A stretch of DNA of 64,000 bases from the NCBI RefSeq assembly GCF_009914755.1, contig NC_060940.1; one strand, given 5' to 3'. Of the stretch, positions 13,190 through 29,954 are shown piece after piece. The position numbers were made by a program, and so were the translations under genes. The stretch is from the human T2T-CHM13v2.0 reference genome, Homo sapiens. Positions within the stretch are counted from its first letter, which is position 1, and the number at the start of each line of letters is the position of its first letter. The notes beneath the pieces are model-generated. The model was not told where the DNA came from and made no database searches. It saw nothing but the letters and a program-made list of their open reading frames with translations.

Positions 13190-14370
13190 TACCTATGGTA
13201 GACATTCCTAACTGGCCCTCCATGGTGGCCATGACGATGACCATTTAACTTCCATTTCACCCTCCTTCTAGTGGCTACAGATGCTGTAAAGCTAAATGCT
13301 GTTTTTCTTAGACCCCCCCAAGTTTCAAGATATCATTTAGGTTTGGCCAATGGGATGCACAAGACCTAGAAGATGGCAGTGAGAGAGAAGCCATGCTTCC
13401 ACTGCTTCTGCTGGCTAGAGTTGACACAACAATATTTGATTTTTCTATGTCGGGCTAGTAGAGTTCCACAGAAGGGACTTAGCATTGTGGGTATCATGAG
13501 GCAGGATGGAGGGTGCCATTTTGCTGGTATGGATTCAGCACATGTGTCATGGCTCTGGAACCAATGTTTCTGATGGTGGCTTCTTGATTCCTGGATCACA
13601 CGAAGAGAGTATGAACAGAAGCCAGCACTTTGTAGGACAGTGTGTCAATTCTCCAGTTTCCTGGGTAGAAAGAGAGGCCATTCCCTATGTGAGCTAAGTC
13701 TGTTTACTCTTTTCAAAGTCATTCCTGGAGCCTGATCTCAGCCTTTCCAACCGTCTTCTAAGCATTGAATATCATGTGATTGATTACTCTCAGCTTAAAA
13801 TAGAAATTTTTGTGTTCTAACACCAAGCCATGACTGAAAGAAGGCTTTTATGCCATCAGCTCTGATTTTCAGTGACTCTCCCACCTGCTCCATCTCAGTC
13901 CTCCTAAGCCCTTCTGGGTGGAATATACAACCCATGCTTATGCCAGTGAGAGGACTGAGTCCTCCTCACATGGTCTTTGCATCAGGAGTGAGCATGTGGC
14001 CCTAGCCACCCAAATCAGAGTGAATTTTAGGAATTTTTCTGAGAATGCTTGGCATAGAGTCTCCAACACTTTTCTGCCAGAATTGAAACTAGTAAGATGT
14101 GACTTTGGGAACCAGAAGCAGGCATTTTGCTTCTATGAGAAGAAACCTGTCTGCGAGTGAGTCCTCCAAAGATAAAACTAAGTCGAGAAATGCAGACTAA
14201 AAAAATCACATCAGTGGCAGCATGCGCTCTTATATCCAGCTGCACCAAATGTAAAATTTACCCTTAGATGATTAAGGTATGTAAGCCAAGAGGGTTTCAT
14301 TTATTTTTTTTCCCCATAAGCTAGTTTGGGAGATATTATCCATTATTTACAATTAAAAAGTCCTGATTGC
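13190..14370 (+). mobile_element. Old ERVL/MaLR LTR remnants (LTR33-like then MLT1J/K-like)
   Basis: GGTTTGGCCAATGGGA motif; later TAAGCTAGTTTGGG...TTACAATTAAAAAGTCCTGA end; highly diverged, naming tentative. Confidence 0.4.
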
Positions 14371-17117
14371 CATACTATCCAACATAGTAGTTTATTTTTG
14401 TGGGCTTGTCTCTGCTTCTAGAAACCAAAGATTGATGCAAATGTTTCCTGGGAAATAGTCAGTTACGTGCAATAGAATGTGCAGAACCTGTGGCGAGAGG
14501 CTACCACTTTACTTTTCTCTCTACCCTTGGTCTTCCCCAGGCCTGCTTCCTCCTAATGTCTGTGGACATCCATCCTGAAGCCGATTCTCCAGAAACCACT
14601 AGCCCAGAAGGCTCTTGTCTCTGTAATTCACTCCACAAGCTTTGGCTTCTGAGAAAAAGGAGTTTGTTTGTTTGTCACTTATTGTAATTGATTTGTTTCT
14701 TCCTAACAGTGTACTGATTTCCTTAGCTTCAGACAGCAAATCTGGAGCTGAGAGCTCCAGGAAGTCATTATTAGCTGCACATCACTTGCCATGCTGGAAG
14801 CATGGATTTAGATGGCCCTAGAAATGAAAAGCGTTTGGGAAGAGTGAGGACCAGAGCTAAGGTAGTTTTGTGTGGAGAAGAGAAGTTTGAAAAGGTCTCA
14901 AAAGGGTCGAGAAGGAATGTACAAAAACACACAGACCTCCCTATCCTTGCCGTAATTCTGGACACGGGGTTCCATTGAAAAAACCATAGCCACCCAAACT
15001 TGGCCACCATAGAGCTTTTGTAGTGACCACTGTCCCTGTGCATAGTTTGGGGTCCAAAGTGTCTCAGATATGAGATGATTCTTCCTTGGTAAGGGAATGA
15101 ATGACAGCAAAATTTTGGAAACTAAAATGTTAGGCCTTGGTGTGGCCTTTTATCTCCCTTAGACATACAGGCAATCGGTTCCACCTGCCGGCTGCCCTCT
15201 GCTACCTGCTCTTCAAGGGCAGGATTCTAAGTGTCAGGTCTTAACTATTCCTGCATCAGACCTATCTATCTCTGTTTCTAATGATGATCATTGAGGAAAC
15301 CAATGTGGTGTATACATGCACTTCCCCACAGAAACCTTTATCAACACATTTTATATGTGGTCTTTCTCCTTCACATGCCACACTCCAAAGATCACCTGAG
15401 AGCAGGTTTTCAGGCCATATGCAAGGGAAATATTGAAGAGATTTGCAGCAAGTTCTCAAACTTCATCACCACTCTTCCATTGGCTTATACCACAGAGATG
15501 AACGTAGTGCCTCCTCTAAGATAGTGAAATTAAAAGTAGCATTTCTGAAACAATATCCAATGCAGGCTTTTATATATCTAACACTTGACAATCACCCTAA
15601 ACTTTGGCTTATAAAGTCCTCCCCTTTGACATCTCCAGGAGCTTAGAAAGTCTGCAGGGTAAATGGTTCTCTTAGCGCCATTGTGCAGGTGAGGAGATGT
15701 CCTGGCAAGGCAATGTCCAGTGACTTCTCAAGGTCAAATAGCTATTATGACGTGGAGTCAGGACTTGAATTCAAATTGCTCAATATTTAAGCCAATGAGC
15801 ATTTCTTCTCTGCAGTTCAAGGAGATGTCTAATTCCCTACAGGATACATTGGCATCTGCAAATTGTCCACAGGGGATCCACATAACTTGAACTAATGGCC
15901 TTAGCCTATGACTTTCTTGTTTTGAAGTACTTAAAAAAACAGCAATTTAGCATGTCAGAGGCTGTCAGGAGATTCAGTATTTTCTCTTCTTCTTATCATC
16001 CTTCACCAAGAATTAGGAAGAAGCAAAGCAGAAAACAAACATCTCAAGCTTGAGATCACCCACCATAGCTTCCTCTTGAGCAGAAACAGTAAGATGCTCT
16101 TACAGCATCTCTGGAAAACATTAGTGACCATTCTTTGCTTTAGTGACATGATAATTAGAATGAAGTTATGGTGGAATCAGAAGACACTGGAATCTAGATG
16201 CCATCCTCCTGAATTTGCAATTAGGGACATTTGTGAACGGTGATACAAGCTACCAGAACTAACCGCAATAAGAAGTCTTGAAGGTAAAGACAGAAAGGCT
16301 GTGATGAACAAATAAGGCCAAACAGAAAGGTATGAACAACACTGTGTGATTTCATCAGTTATAATACCCTTACTTTCACTGTGGCTTGCACTACCCAGGG
16401 AAGACTTCAGATAAGCTGGATTTAGTTAAAATGCACAGGGACATCTGATCAATGTGCTAAATGAACAGGCTCTGACACCACTTTTACTTTCCCTCTTCAC
16501 TTGCTTTCAATATTAAGATTGAGGCATTGCCTGTTAGGTATTCTTCCTGCAAGATGGAGCGGAATAGTACAAAATGCATTTGCAAGCAGGCCAAATCATG
16601 ATTGACAAAACGAAATTTGTTAATACAATGGTTTGAGGCACTTGACAGAAATTTTTGTCAACAGTGTAGATTAAGGGATTCAAAAATATGAAATTTGCAG
16701 ATGAAATGGCTTTGATGTTTCTCATGAAAAGCATTTTATTGACAGACTGGATCAGAGTGAAAAAATGTGCATCTTCTCAATGCATGCATTTTAAGTCTTT
16801 GATAAAACACGTATTAGTCCTGCTGTTTTTGCTCATTTGTCGTATATTCCATTGGCTTTGCCTTTAGCCACAAAAAGGGATCAGGTGTGAGTAGAAACAG
16901 AATGGAAAACCCCCTAAAGAAAGTGTCAGATTGGTCCCCATGAATTGTGGCCATGTCATTTTTTCAAGTGCTTATTGACTAGGTCCCATACACTCTTTTT
17001 GATCTTATTCTATTAATTCTTCAAAGAATGAGATTCTTTCTCATTTAGAAAGATCTTCTGGTATCAGTCAGGACATTTTGGTTACAAGTAGCAGAAACCA
17101 AAAAAAAGGATTATAAG

Positions 17118-17272
17118 CCACTGGTTCTCAAAGTGTGGTTCCCAGACCAGTAGCACCAGCATCTCCTGGAAAATCATTTGAAATGCAAGTTCACAGGCAG
17201 CTCCCTCGACCAACATGGAGGTGGGGCACAGCAATAGGTATTTTAACAAATCCTTCAAGTGATTCAGTGCAC
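17118..17272. mobile_element. MER5A remnant, within an old MLT1-like LTR
   Basis: GGTTCTCAAAGTGTGGTTCCCAGACCAGTAGCACCAGCATCTCCTGG...GTATTTTAACAA...GTGATTC. Confidence 0.85.
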
Positions 17273-17495
17273 ACAAAGGAGACAAAAGATTGGCTCACTT
17301 AACTGAAAAGTTCATGGCTAGATATATGAGGCTGCAAATATGACTGTATCCAGGAACTCAAACAGTGTCATTAGGACCATCACATCAAGTTTGTTTTTTT
17401 CTTCTAGTGTGGTCTCACTCTTAGATAACTTATCTCTTCGTGACGGAAAGATATCAACAGCTCCATGCTTATGTCCCATCTTTTTTATTTACACC

Positions 17496-17922
17496 ATGAT
17501 ATGGTTTGAATCTGTGTCCCCACCAAATCTCATGTCGAATTGTAATCCCCAGTGTTGGAGGTAGAGCCTGGAGGGAGGTGATAAGATCATGGAGGTGTCT
17601 CTGATGAATGGCTTAGCACCATCCTTTTGGTATTGTTCTTATGATGGTGAATGAGTTCTCACAAGATCTGGTTATTTAAAAAGCATGTAGCACCTCCCCC
17701 ATCAGTGTTTCTCTCACTCCTGCCCCCACCATGTGAGACGCCTGCTTCCCCTTCTCTTCCACCGTGATTGTAACTTTCCTGAGGCCTCACCACAAGCCAA
17801 GCAGATGCCAGCACCATACTTCTTGTACAGCCTGTGGAACTGTGAGCCAGTTCAACCTTTTTTCTTTATAAATTACCCAGTCTCAGGTATTTCTTTATAG
17901 CAATACAAGAAATGACTAAGAA
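17496..17922 (+). mobile_element. MST (MaLR) solo LTR
   Basis: TGATATGGTTTGAATCTGTGTCCCCACCAAATCTCATG...AATTACCCAGTCTCAGGTATTTCTTTATAGCAA. Confidence 0.9.
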
Positions 17923-18256
17923 ACCCCAGAATAAACACAGTGCTTTGCCCCAAGATCTTCCATAAACACCCCCAAATGGAGTCTCTCAACCTCCCTGATT
18001 GGTCCAGTCCAGGTTTTGTGCCCTTCCCTGAACTTATCACGCTGCCAGAGGTTGTCACACTCTGAGTGGCCAGTTATGGTTTACCTGTCAGAGGTGGCAT
18101 GAACTCTAAAGCCATAAGGACAGAGGGTAAGAAGGACTGATTGCCCCTAAAAAGTCCAATGTGAATGCAAGAAGGCAGGGGAATGGATGCTAAAGAGATT
18201 TAGTCCTTGGTCTTCTAATAAATTCCAGATTAAGGTACAAGTAGCTTCCCTAAATA

Positions 18257-18259
<3 letters not shown>

Positions 18260-18289
<30 letters not shown>
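18260..18289. repeat. (CA)n microsatellite
   Basis: Direct observation. Confidence 0.95.
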
Positions 18290-18291
<2 letters not shown>

Positions 18292-19335
18292 ACATTAGTG
18301 TTTCTCTGGATACTGAAAAAGAACCCTCACCTTTAATCTAACTCTTCCTCATGCTCTCTCTTGCTTCTTGGTTAATGCAAAGAGTGGAAGATCAATTCTT
18401 ACTAAATGCAATCCAGAACTGATAGCAAAAGAACTGAAAGAGAGAATTCCTTAGCAAAGCCCATGTCCCTAAATAAAGAGGGTTCCTAAGGTTGATGATG
18501 GGGAGGAGCCTACAAAAGATTCCTTCAGGAGCATCAGGCACAGCTCTGCACAGATGGGGGGCAGGTGGCCATCTTTGACTCTGCTGCAATTCAGTGTGAC
18601 AATCCCCCTCAGTAGAGCCTTTTATTTCCCTGTAGTTCACAGAGGAATTTATTTTGCAGAGGAATAAAGAACTCGTGTACATGATTTGGCTTTCATCTTC
18701 AAACCAAGACTAAAACTTTGAGCTGTCATAGTTGTGCCATCTCAGCAGCCCAAATTCAGTGTTTTACAAAAGAGAGAGAAGAAAGAAAACTTTATCCATT
18801 CCCTGAGCTGTCACCTCTACCCAGATCAAGGCAATGTTTTCCTATTTTAGAACAAATGAAAATGCTCCATGAGTAATCTCATTTTGACTGAGGAATTACT
18901 ATCAAGAGCAAACGTCTTGTCAAATGCCTCTTATACGGCTATTTGCAATCTCACTTGTTCTTTTGTGCCCACCCTCTACATTTGGATCAGCCCAAACCCA
19001 GGAGACATGTTGAATTCTTCCCTGCATTTCCAGTGCTGGGCACAGAATCTGGCACAGGGTCTTTGCTGAATATATGTATGTTGCACTGAATTAGGTGGAA
19101 AGGGTGTCCTGTTTCCCATAATTTTTCTTTTCTACTATTAGATAGCTTCATTGCAGCATACGCTCCACTGTTTTATGGTTTCTATGAGACAATATTTGTT
19201 CCCTCATCATTAGACAGGCTATTTGACAAGATGGGCCACTTTAAGGGATATACCTTATGCCGCCTTTCGCTCTTCTACAATTCAGCTCCATAAGGATGAC
19301 CTTCAGACATTTTTACACCCAATTCCCCCGCAGCA

Positions 19336-19350
19336 CCACTAGAGGGCAGC
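19336..19350 (+). promoter_or_regulatory. CTCF-binding core motif
   Basis: CCACTAGAGGGCAGC fits the CTCF core CCASYAGRKGGCRS; lies in apparently unique sequence. Confidence 0.7.
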
Positions 19351-21295
19351 AGAGAACACAATGATGGCAAGATGGCCATTTTGTCCAGTCTTTGTCTTCA
19401 GCTCTCCTAGTCCCTCAATTTTCCCAGCTTTCATCCTTTTGTTAACTTTGGCTTTATGGGTGCAAGTTTCAGTACAGAAAAGCCTGATTTGCTTTAGAGC
19501 AAAGAAAACCATACCTTTTTTCTTCCTGCCTTTTCATGTGGTTTCTTAGAGAAATAATTTCATCAACGAGCCAAAACACTCAAAGTTTACAAAATGCACC
19601 TGTTTTGTTTTGTTTTTAAATATGGCCTCTCCTTTAGAAAAGAAAAAAAGAAAATAAAATCTTATCTACTACATTAGGCGAGAGTTTCCCTTCTGAGCGC
19701 CTTTTCTATAAGATCTTTAACTGAGCTCTGCTATCAGTCTCTTCAGCCTCCATTCTTCTTGTGATCCAAAATCCAGCCTGGAAAAAAGCTCTCATTGGCA
19801 GGATAATTAAAGTAGATGAACAAGTCCTTCAGTCCCAGTTAATCCCAGTAAGCCTAATTCAGCTTCTATAGATGGAAGGATAAAAGTGTTCTCCCATCAG
19901 GGTCATTCATAGTTGGACTGCAGCCTACACCAAGAAATCACTCCCCAGATAATCACAAGGTCATGGCGACCAAGTTTATACATAAGTAAGATTGAATTTG
20001 GTCTAGGTTTGATCCAACTGCACAGATCAAGGAATCACTGCCAAAAAGAAAAGAAAAAAAAAAGATTACTTAGAGCTAAATTTCAGGACAAACCAACACC
20101 TTGACTCCTTGCTTTCATGCAAAATTTCTCTTCAAGTTCCAGGAACACACCCCCAATTTGGCATGCAAATCAAAAGAGCCTTTTAAAATAACAATTTAGC
20201 AATAACTATTAAGATGAAATTTTCTGTTTCTAGAATGTATGCTACATGAATATACATATGTATGTGCATGTATAGCAGACAATTGGAAACAAACTAAATC
20301 TCTATCAGTAGATTATTTCAATATATTTTGATATACCCACACTCTGATATACCACACAGCTAAAAAAAGAAAAAGATTGCGATGTATCTGTCTTCAGTGA
20401 AAGAGAAGGATGGCTGAAAATTATTAATAGCAATGTACTAAAAATGTTAAGTACATATTTTTCATTTAAAAAACTATATGTCTATGTATGTAAATGAATG
20501 CAAATACAGATTTGTATTTCAAAATCTGGAAGGATTTACATAAACCTGGTTTAGGGGAGCATCATAGATAAGAGAGGAGTAAAAAGGTAGAAATTTAATT
20601 ATATTCTGGTATCACTTACACAATTTTGTTAAATCTAAAATGTTGCTTACATAACTGGGCTCACATTAGCCAATGTTATGTTTGGTCACTTGCGATTCTT
20701 TATTCACTGAAACTCTAGTTGTTTCAGGTACTACCTAGCATTTGGTCTCCATATCCCAAGGACAAAGCAAAAATTTTAAGTTTTCTCTCTTGAAAGATTT
20801 TTGGAAACTAATATAACCCTGCTAGCATGAACAGACACAGCGTATATGAAAATTGAAATCACATCATTTTCAAACTGAAAGTAAACAAATGCCCTCTTAC
20901 CATTAGCTGTGCCCAGAGACATCCACAAAATTAGAGTCTCAAAGCTGGGAAGGGAGCTCAGAGTTTTTCCCAATGCCCCATCACTCACAAATAAAGAAAG
21001 GGAGGCTCAGTGAGGTCATGTGGCACCCCCAGTTTATAAAAAGTCCAGCCCAGTTCTCAGAGTTTATTGGCCACATCATGAAATGGTCACATCCTTTATC
21101 ACTGAAAACCAGAAGAATATTTTTGAGAGTGAAAGGTGGCACTGTTCATGATCACTGTGGGACAACAGTTAGGACTGTAAGTTAGGACTGTCCTGGGGCA
21201 ACTGAACACACAGGCACTGTGCCAACCTCCTTCAACCACACTGAATTCCAAAAGAGCCGATATATGGACTTTGCACCCCACCCTTCCCAATGTGA

Positions 21296-21751
<456 letters not shown>

Positions 21752-21887
21752 TAACAAATAATTTTATTAGTCCTGGGAGGAATAAAACCAAAACAGGACT
21801 ACTGTTTTTCTCCAATGTTCTCTCAGTTAATCTCAGAGTCCTTGCAAAATGACACAGGCATCTGGGTCTGGTATTCCCAGCTCCTTA

Positions 21888-22052
21888 ATAGAGTTTACCA
21901 GATTTAGGGAAGTGAAAATGTGAAACACTCAGTTAAACTGGACTTTCAAATTCAAATGCAATTTTTGAGACATACTTACACTAAAAGAAATTATTGCAAG
22001 TTTATCTGAAAGTCCAGCTTAAGTGGATATCCAACATTTTGCCTGGCAACCT
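21888..22052. mobile_element. MER53-like palindromic DNA transposon remnant
   Basis: GTTTACCAGATTTAG...CAGTTAAA...GACATACTTACACTAAAA...GTTTATCTGAAA...CTGGCAACC with inverted termini. Confidence 0.75.
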
Positions 22053-22865
22053 TGTCACTGAACTCACATCTACCTCGCTTTTCAGAAGGTCCAAAACTTG
22101 CCGATGATTGGCTGGGCTTTTAGACCTGCAGATTGATGCTGGAGGAGGGAACATACAGAATAACTATGTAAAGTGCTTCCTCATACCTGCCTCATTCAAA
22201 ACCCCATCAGAGGTACCTTGGGCCAGTGATCAAATCAGGTTTCCCTTTGGGCTCCAGATGCTCTCTGCTCTGCCATGCCTTCCACAGTTTTTTTTGGAGC
22301 ACACCAGCCACCTGTGACTTCACTCAGGCTCTTATTCCTCCCCCAGATGCTTTTCTTATCTCAGCCTGACAAACTTTGCTGCTCTCGGAAGTCAGGTGGA
22401 AGAAACTTCACCCTAACGCAGTGTCTGCCTTTCACTTCACACGACTGTTATTACCTGACATTGCCTGCTACTGTTGCTGTTTCCTGGCTTGTTGTCTGTC
22501 TTCTCTGTCTAGAATAGAAGCTCCATGAGATCAAGGGCTCTGTCGGCCTTGACCATCACCATGTATCCAGAAGACTGTCCAGGGCTTATAAATAGCTAGA
22601 GAATTAATGAAGGGCAAGCCACTTTTACTGGAAAGCCACCGCCTCTGGGAAGCTTCTCCTGACCACCCTCAGGAAAAATTAATGACTTCCTCCTTGGCAA
22701 TCCCACTGCCCACTGCTCCCCTTCAACAAGGCATGCATTCAATAAATAGTCATTGAGCACTAATGATATACCAAGAGTTTGGCACATCACAGAACTTAGT
22801 TCCATATTCATCTATCTCCACTCTAATGGATGAAATTCTTGAGGGTAGGGAATTACTTACTCATC

Positions 22866-25830
<2,965 letters not shown>

Positions 25831-26549
25831 CTATTAGGAGAGGATTAGAAGGTTCTTATTAAATGGATTTATTTTTAACACTAGATATTTGGATCCATGT
25901 AGTTAGAGAGTTTGTTTTCTTGATTATTAAAATTGAGACACCAGATTTTTTAATTGCTTTTAAAATTTATGTTTTTTAGGTTCAAAGATCTAGTTTGGTA
26001 AGTTTACAGATAAAAGAGTACTTTCTTTCTCTGCATATAGGTGGATCTTCCTGAGGACTGGTTGGCTCCTTATAAAGAGAGTCTGACGGTAGAGTGCCCT
26101 TTAACATGGGAATCCCGCCTCTAAAGGAGGAAAAAGGGCACAGAGGAGGTTCATTTCATCAGAGTTTATAATAATTTTTGGGTAGAAATAACATGATCAA
26201 ATATTCAATGTAGACCTATGCAGTCATGAAAATCATTTGTTAGAATATTTAAGAATGTCAAAAAATACCCAAGATCTAATGTTAATTGAAAATAATAATA
26301 AAGTGGTATTCCCAATATGATCTTGTTTTGATAAGAAAAAAGAACACACACACATACACACACAGATGAGTGAATTATAAAACCAAAATATTACCATTAG
26401 TTAAATCTAGGTGTAGGATTACAGATGCCTTTAATTTTCTTTAGTTTTTAAATGTTTCAAAGCTCTTATAATAAAAATAATGAAAATGTATTATTTTCTA
26501 CACCAAGAAAATGTATTATTTTCTACACCAAGTATTTTCCACACTCTTG

Positions 26550-26755
26550 GTGACTCCTAATGTCACCTGTGGACTCTGGATGACAAGGATGTATCAATGT
26601 AGGTCATAGATTTTAACGAACAGGCCACTCTGTTGTGGGGTGTGGGTGACAGGGGAGGCTGTCCATGTGTTCAGGGAAAGGTGTGTTGGGAACTCTTTGT
26701 ACCTTTTGCTCAATTTTTCTGGAAACCTAAAACTGCTCTAAAAATACATTCTATG
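26550..26755 (+). mobile_element. Ancient L1M (L1MC/MD-like) 3' end
   Basis: GGGAACTCTTTGTACCTTTTGCTCAATTTTTCTGGAAACCTAAAACTGCTCTAAAAA. Confidence 0.75.
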
Positions 26756-28019
26756 TTAGAAACTATATTACGTTGTTAATAAGCAAAATATAACTAACGT
26801 AAAGGAGAAAAATGCCTTGGGAATTGGAGAAGATCAAGTAAACTGAGAATGAGTTGCTGGAGGACATTAGAAATCCAAAGTGAGAAAAGTAGCCTAACTC
26901 CCAGAACTTTGAAATGCTGGGAGGATCTGATGGCTTGATCTCCCGCTGGGAAGAGTTTTCTCCTGTGTTCCTATAAGAGGGGAAGAACTTTGAGAAGGTT
27001 CAATTGTGCCTGTGCACACACATGACACATGCACACATAGAGCCATGTTATCTTCTTTACATACGCACACACACACACACACACCTCCTCACATTCACGA
27101 AAGCAACGCTGTCCCCAAACCTTCCTCCTCCAAATACCCTGTTAAAAAATCCAGTTCAGGGAATCCCGTGTCTCCCAGAAGCCTGATCAGGAAAATACCT
27201 TGGAGACTTTCAGGTTCCATTCTTATGAGTCCATAGCCCATCTCCCTATTAAGTGCTGAGAATTTTGAGGAAGGGAAGGAGTTGCTTTGATTGGGTCTGG
27301 AAATTATTTTATCACTGAGAATGAATTTACTCCCTTGAGAGTAACCAAGAAAGTTTCAGCTTCTGATGAAAACAAAGTCGCAATGATCAATTCTGGGAGC
27401 CCCAAAACAAACATTTATAAACAACCCTTAGCTTAAGGTCTTTTAAAAATGCCTTTTTCCCTCCCATTTTAATATATCTGTTATCTTTTTGTTTCAAATC
27501 ATGAACATTGCAACCCTCCAGGTCAGTTTCCTGGTTGAAAGGATGAACAGCTTCCTGGCTCAGTCGTTCACACTCTCATCTGGAAACACGTAGAAATGTC
27601 ATTAAAGGAACTTGGTTATGTAAGAAGGTACTGTGAGGCCTAGTTATTCTGGGAAGCAGAGAAGGCATATCTCATCAGTGCTCTCTGGAGGATGAAAGAA
27701 GATCATGCATATGAGCCATCCAGGGCAGGACAAAAGAAGTACATAGTAGATGCACCTGTGGAGCAGTAGTTGCAGGCAAGTTGTTACTGATTATGATATT
27801 GTCATCATAATTAAAGAATGTTGATGAAGTCAGGATGAAAAACTGGGGACATATGTGCTCAGTCATTAGCTAGCTGTGTATCTGCCATTTGTGGATTACA
27901 GTTTACTGTCTATAAAATCAGAGTGTTGAGAAAGAGGCAATCTATTCCCAAATACTGTACATCATATTTTTAAAAATACAGATTCCAGGACAATATCCCA
28001 TTCTTTCTATTTTTTATTC

Positions 28020-28327
28020 TTTGTTTTGTTTATTGGTGTTTTCTGTGTTTTGTTTTATTTTGTTTTGGAGACTCATTCTATCACCCAGATTGGAGAGCTG
28101 CAATGTAATCATAGTTCACCGCAGCCTCGAACTCCTGAGCTCAAGAAATCCTCCTGCCTCAGCCTCCCAAGTAATTGGAACTACAGACATGCACCACCAT
28201 GCCAGGCTAATTTTTTTTTTGTAGAGATGGAGTCTTGCTATGTTGCCCAAACTGGTCTCAAACTCCTGGCCTTAAGTGATCTTCCTGCCTCAGACTCTCT
28301 AAGTGCTGAGGTTACCACACCTGGCAC
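28020..28327 (-). mobile_element. AluJ, apparently inside a MER5-like remnant
   Basis: Diverged reverse Alu with CAGCCTCGAACTCCTGAGCTCAAG (J-type). Confidence 0.88.
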
Positions 28328-29321
28328 CCACCCTTCTAAATAAGAACTGTGACGAGTAAGAATCTTAGTATCTGTATGTTTTTAAAGATCCTCAGGTGTT
28401 TTGACTTGGACACCAGTCAATAAAAAAGAGTTTAGGCCCTGTTGGATTATACGTATCTCTGGACTTCTAAAATCTCCTGATTCAAAAGAAATCAAAGTGA
28501 TGCCAAAAGGACCGCTGTGTGCAGAGATGTGATCGTCCAAACCTTTATGGATTTTAACTGAGGAAATACTGAATATGGCCTGAGGTGATAGACAAGCTAG
28601 ACATTGAGGATGCACCATTACAAAGCTTAGATCTAAGGTTCAGAGAAAATAAATCTGTAGCAGGATGGCTAAGCTAGAATGTTGCCCATTCTGTAATATT
28701 CACAACATATTTCAGTCTTTCCACTAGTGAAAAATACCTACTTGCATTGGAACTTTGTTTTGTGCATTAAAAAATATAGTCACCAGATTCTCAAAATTAC
28801 CCAGCTATGTTAATGTCAAATACATGAGAGAAAGGGCTTGCCCGTAATTTACATAAAAATACAAAACTTCAGTCCATAATCAGTACCTCTGAACAAAGTT
28901 ATTCACATCAGCCATTGTCATTCAAGATGATACTGCAATAAAGATTCAGAGAGAAATCTTTGAATGCTACCCTGAATTATTCTATTCAAGGAAGAATTTT
29001 GCGTGAATATAGAAGTTACCTCCATAACTAACTGCATGCTGAAAATTAACTTAATAGTACTGAACACAGATCTTCAAGAAAGACTTCATTGGTCACAAGG
29101 GTTATCTGCCATGCTGCCTATTAGGAGCGTGAAGGTGAAGGTCCTAGCCTATAAGGCCCTCATCTCTGTGATGCTTAATCACTGCACATTCCAGCTCACA
29201 GCCTTAAAAACCCTGGCGGCAGAGAACTTGGCATGCATCATGCAGTTTGTCCTCAGTGAGGAAACAGTTAACTCCTTCACAAGCTATTATACTATAGAGC
29301 AGACATGTTCTACTGAAAAGA

Positions 29322-29600
29322 CAAGTACAAAAATACAGTTAAACAGGAGGAATAAGTTCTAGTATTCAGTAGTACAGTAGGGCAATTACAGTTAGCAACA
29401 ATTTATTGTATATTTCCAAATAGCTAGAAGAAAAAAATTATATTTCCCAACACAAAGAAAAATGTTTGAGCTGATGAATATCCAAGTTATCCAGATTTGA
29501 TCATAACACATTAAATATATGTATCAAAATATCTCATGTACCCAAAAATATGCGCAACTATTATCTATTAATTTAAAAAAGTAGTACAAAAATAAATACA
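29322..29600 (+). mobile_element. L1MA 3' end
   Basis: AGGAGGAATAAGTTCTAG...TTTATTGTATATTTCCAAATAGCTAGAAG...CAGATTTGATCAT...CATGTACCC. Confidence 0.85.
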
Positions 29601-29954
29601 TACATTTTTAAAACTATTTAAATAATTGTATAGAGAACCAGCAAATGAAGATTGTTACAACTGACCACATCCCAAAGGAGAAGGTAGGCTAAATCCATTT
29701 TCATGATTTCAGAGTTTGGGATACCATCTTGAGTCATTGAGATTGCTCTTCTGACTGGGTCTCTTTATATGTAGGTGATACTGATTGACATTCTACTTCA
29801 TCCATGCTGGTTGACTATTCCCAGACAAATGAACATGAAACGTTCAAGTGTGTTTACATTTGCATCCAGGGAAAGTCATCCTTGAAATAAAAGAAGAGCT
29901 GGACGATCGGATTATTTTTTTCAGTTTCTGTAATAGTTCATTGGGTGTATTTAC

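Noticed and set aside
29003-29362. 119-aa ORF
   Set aside because: GTG start, runs into an L1MA remnant, no recognisable motif.
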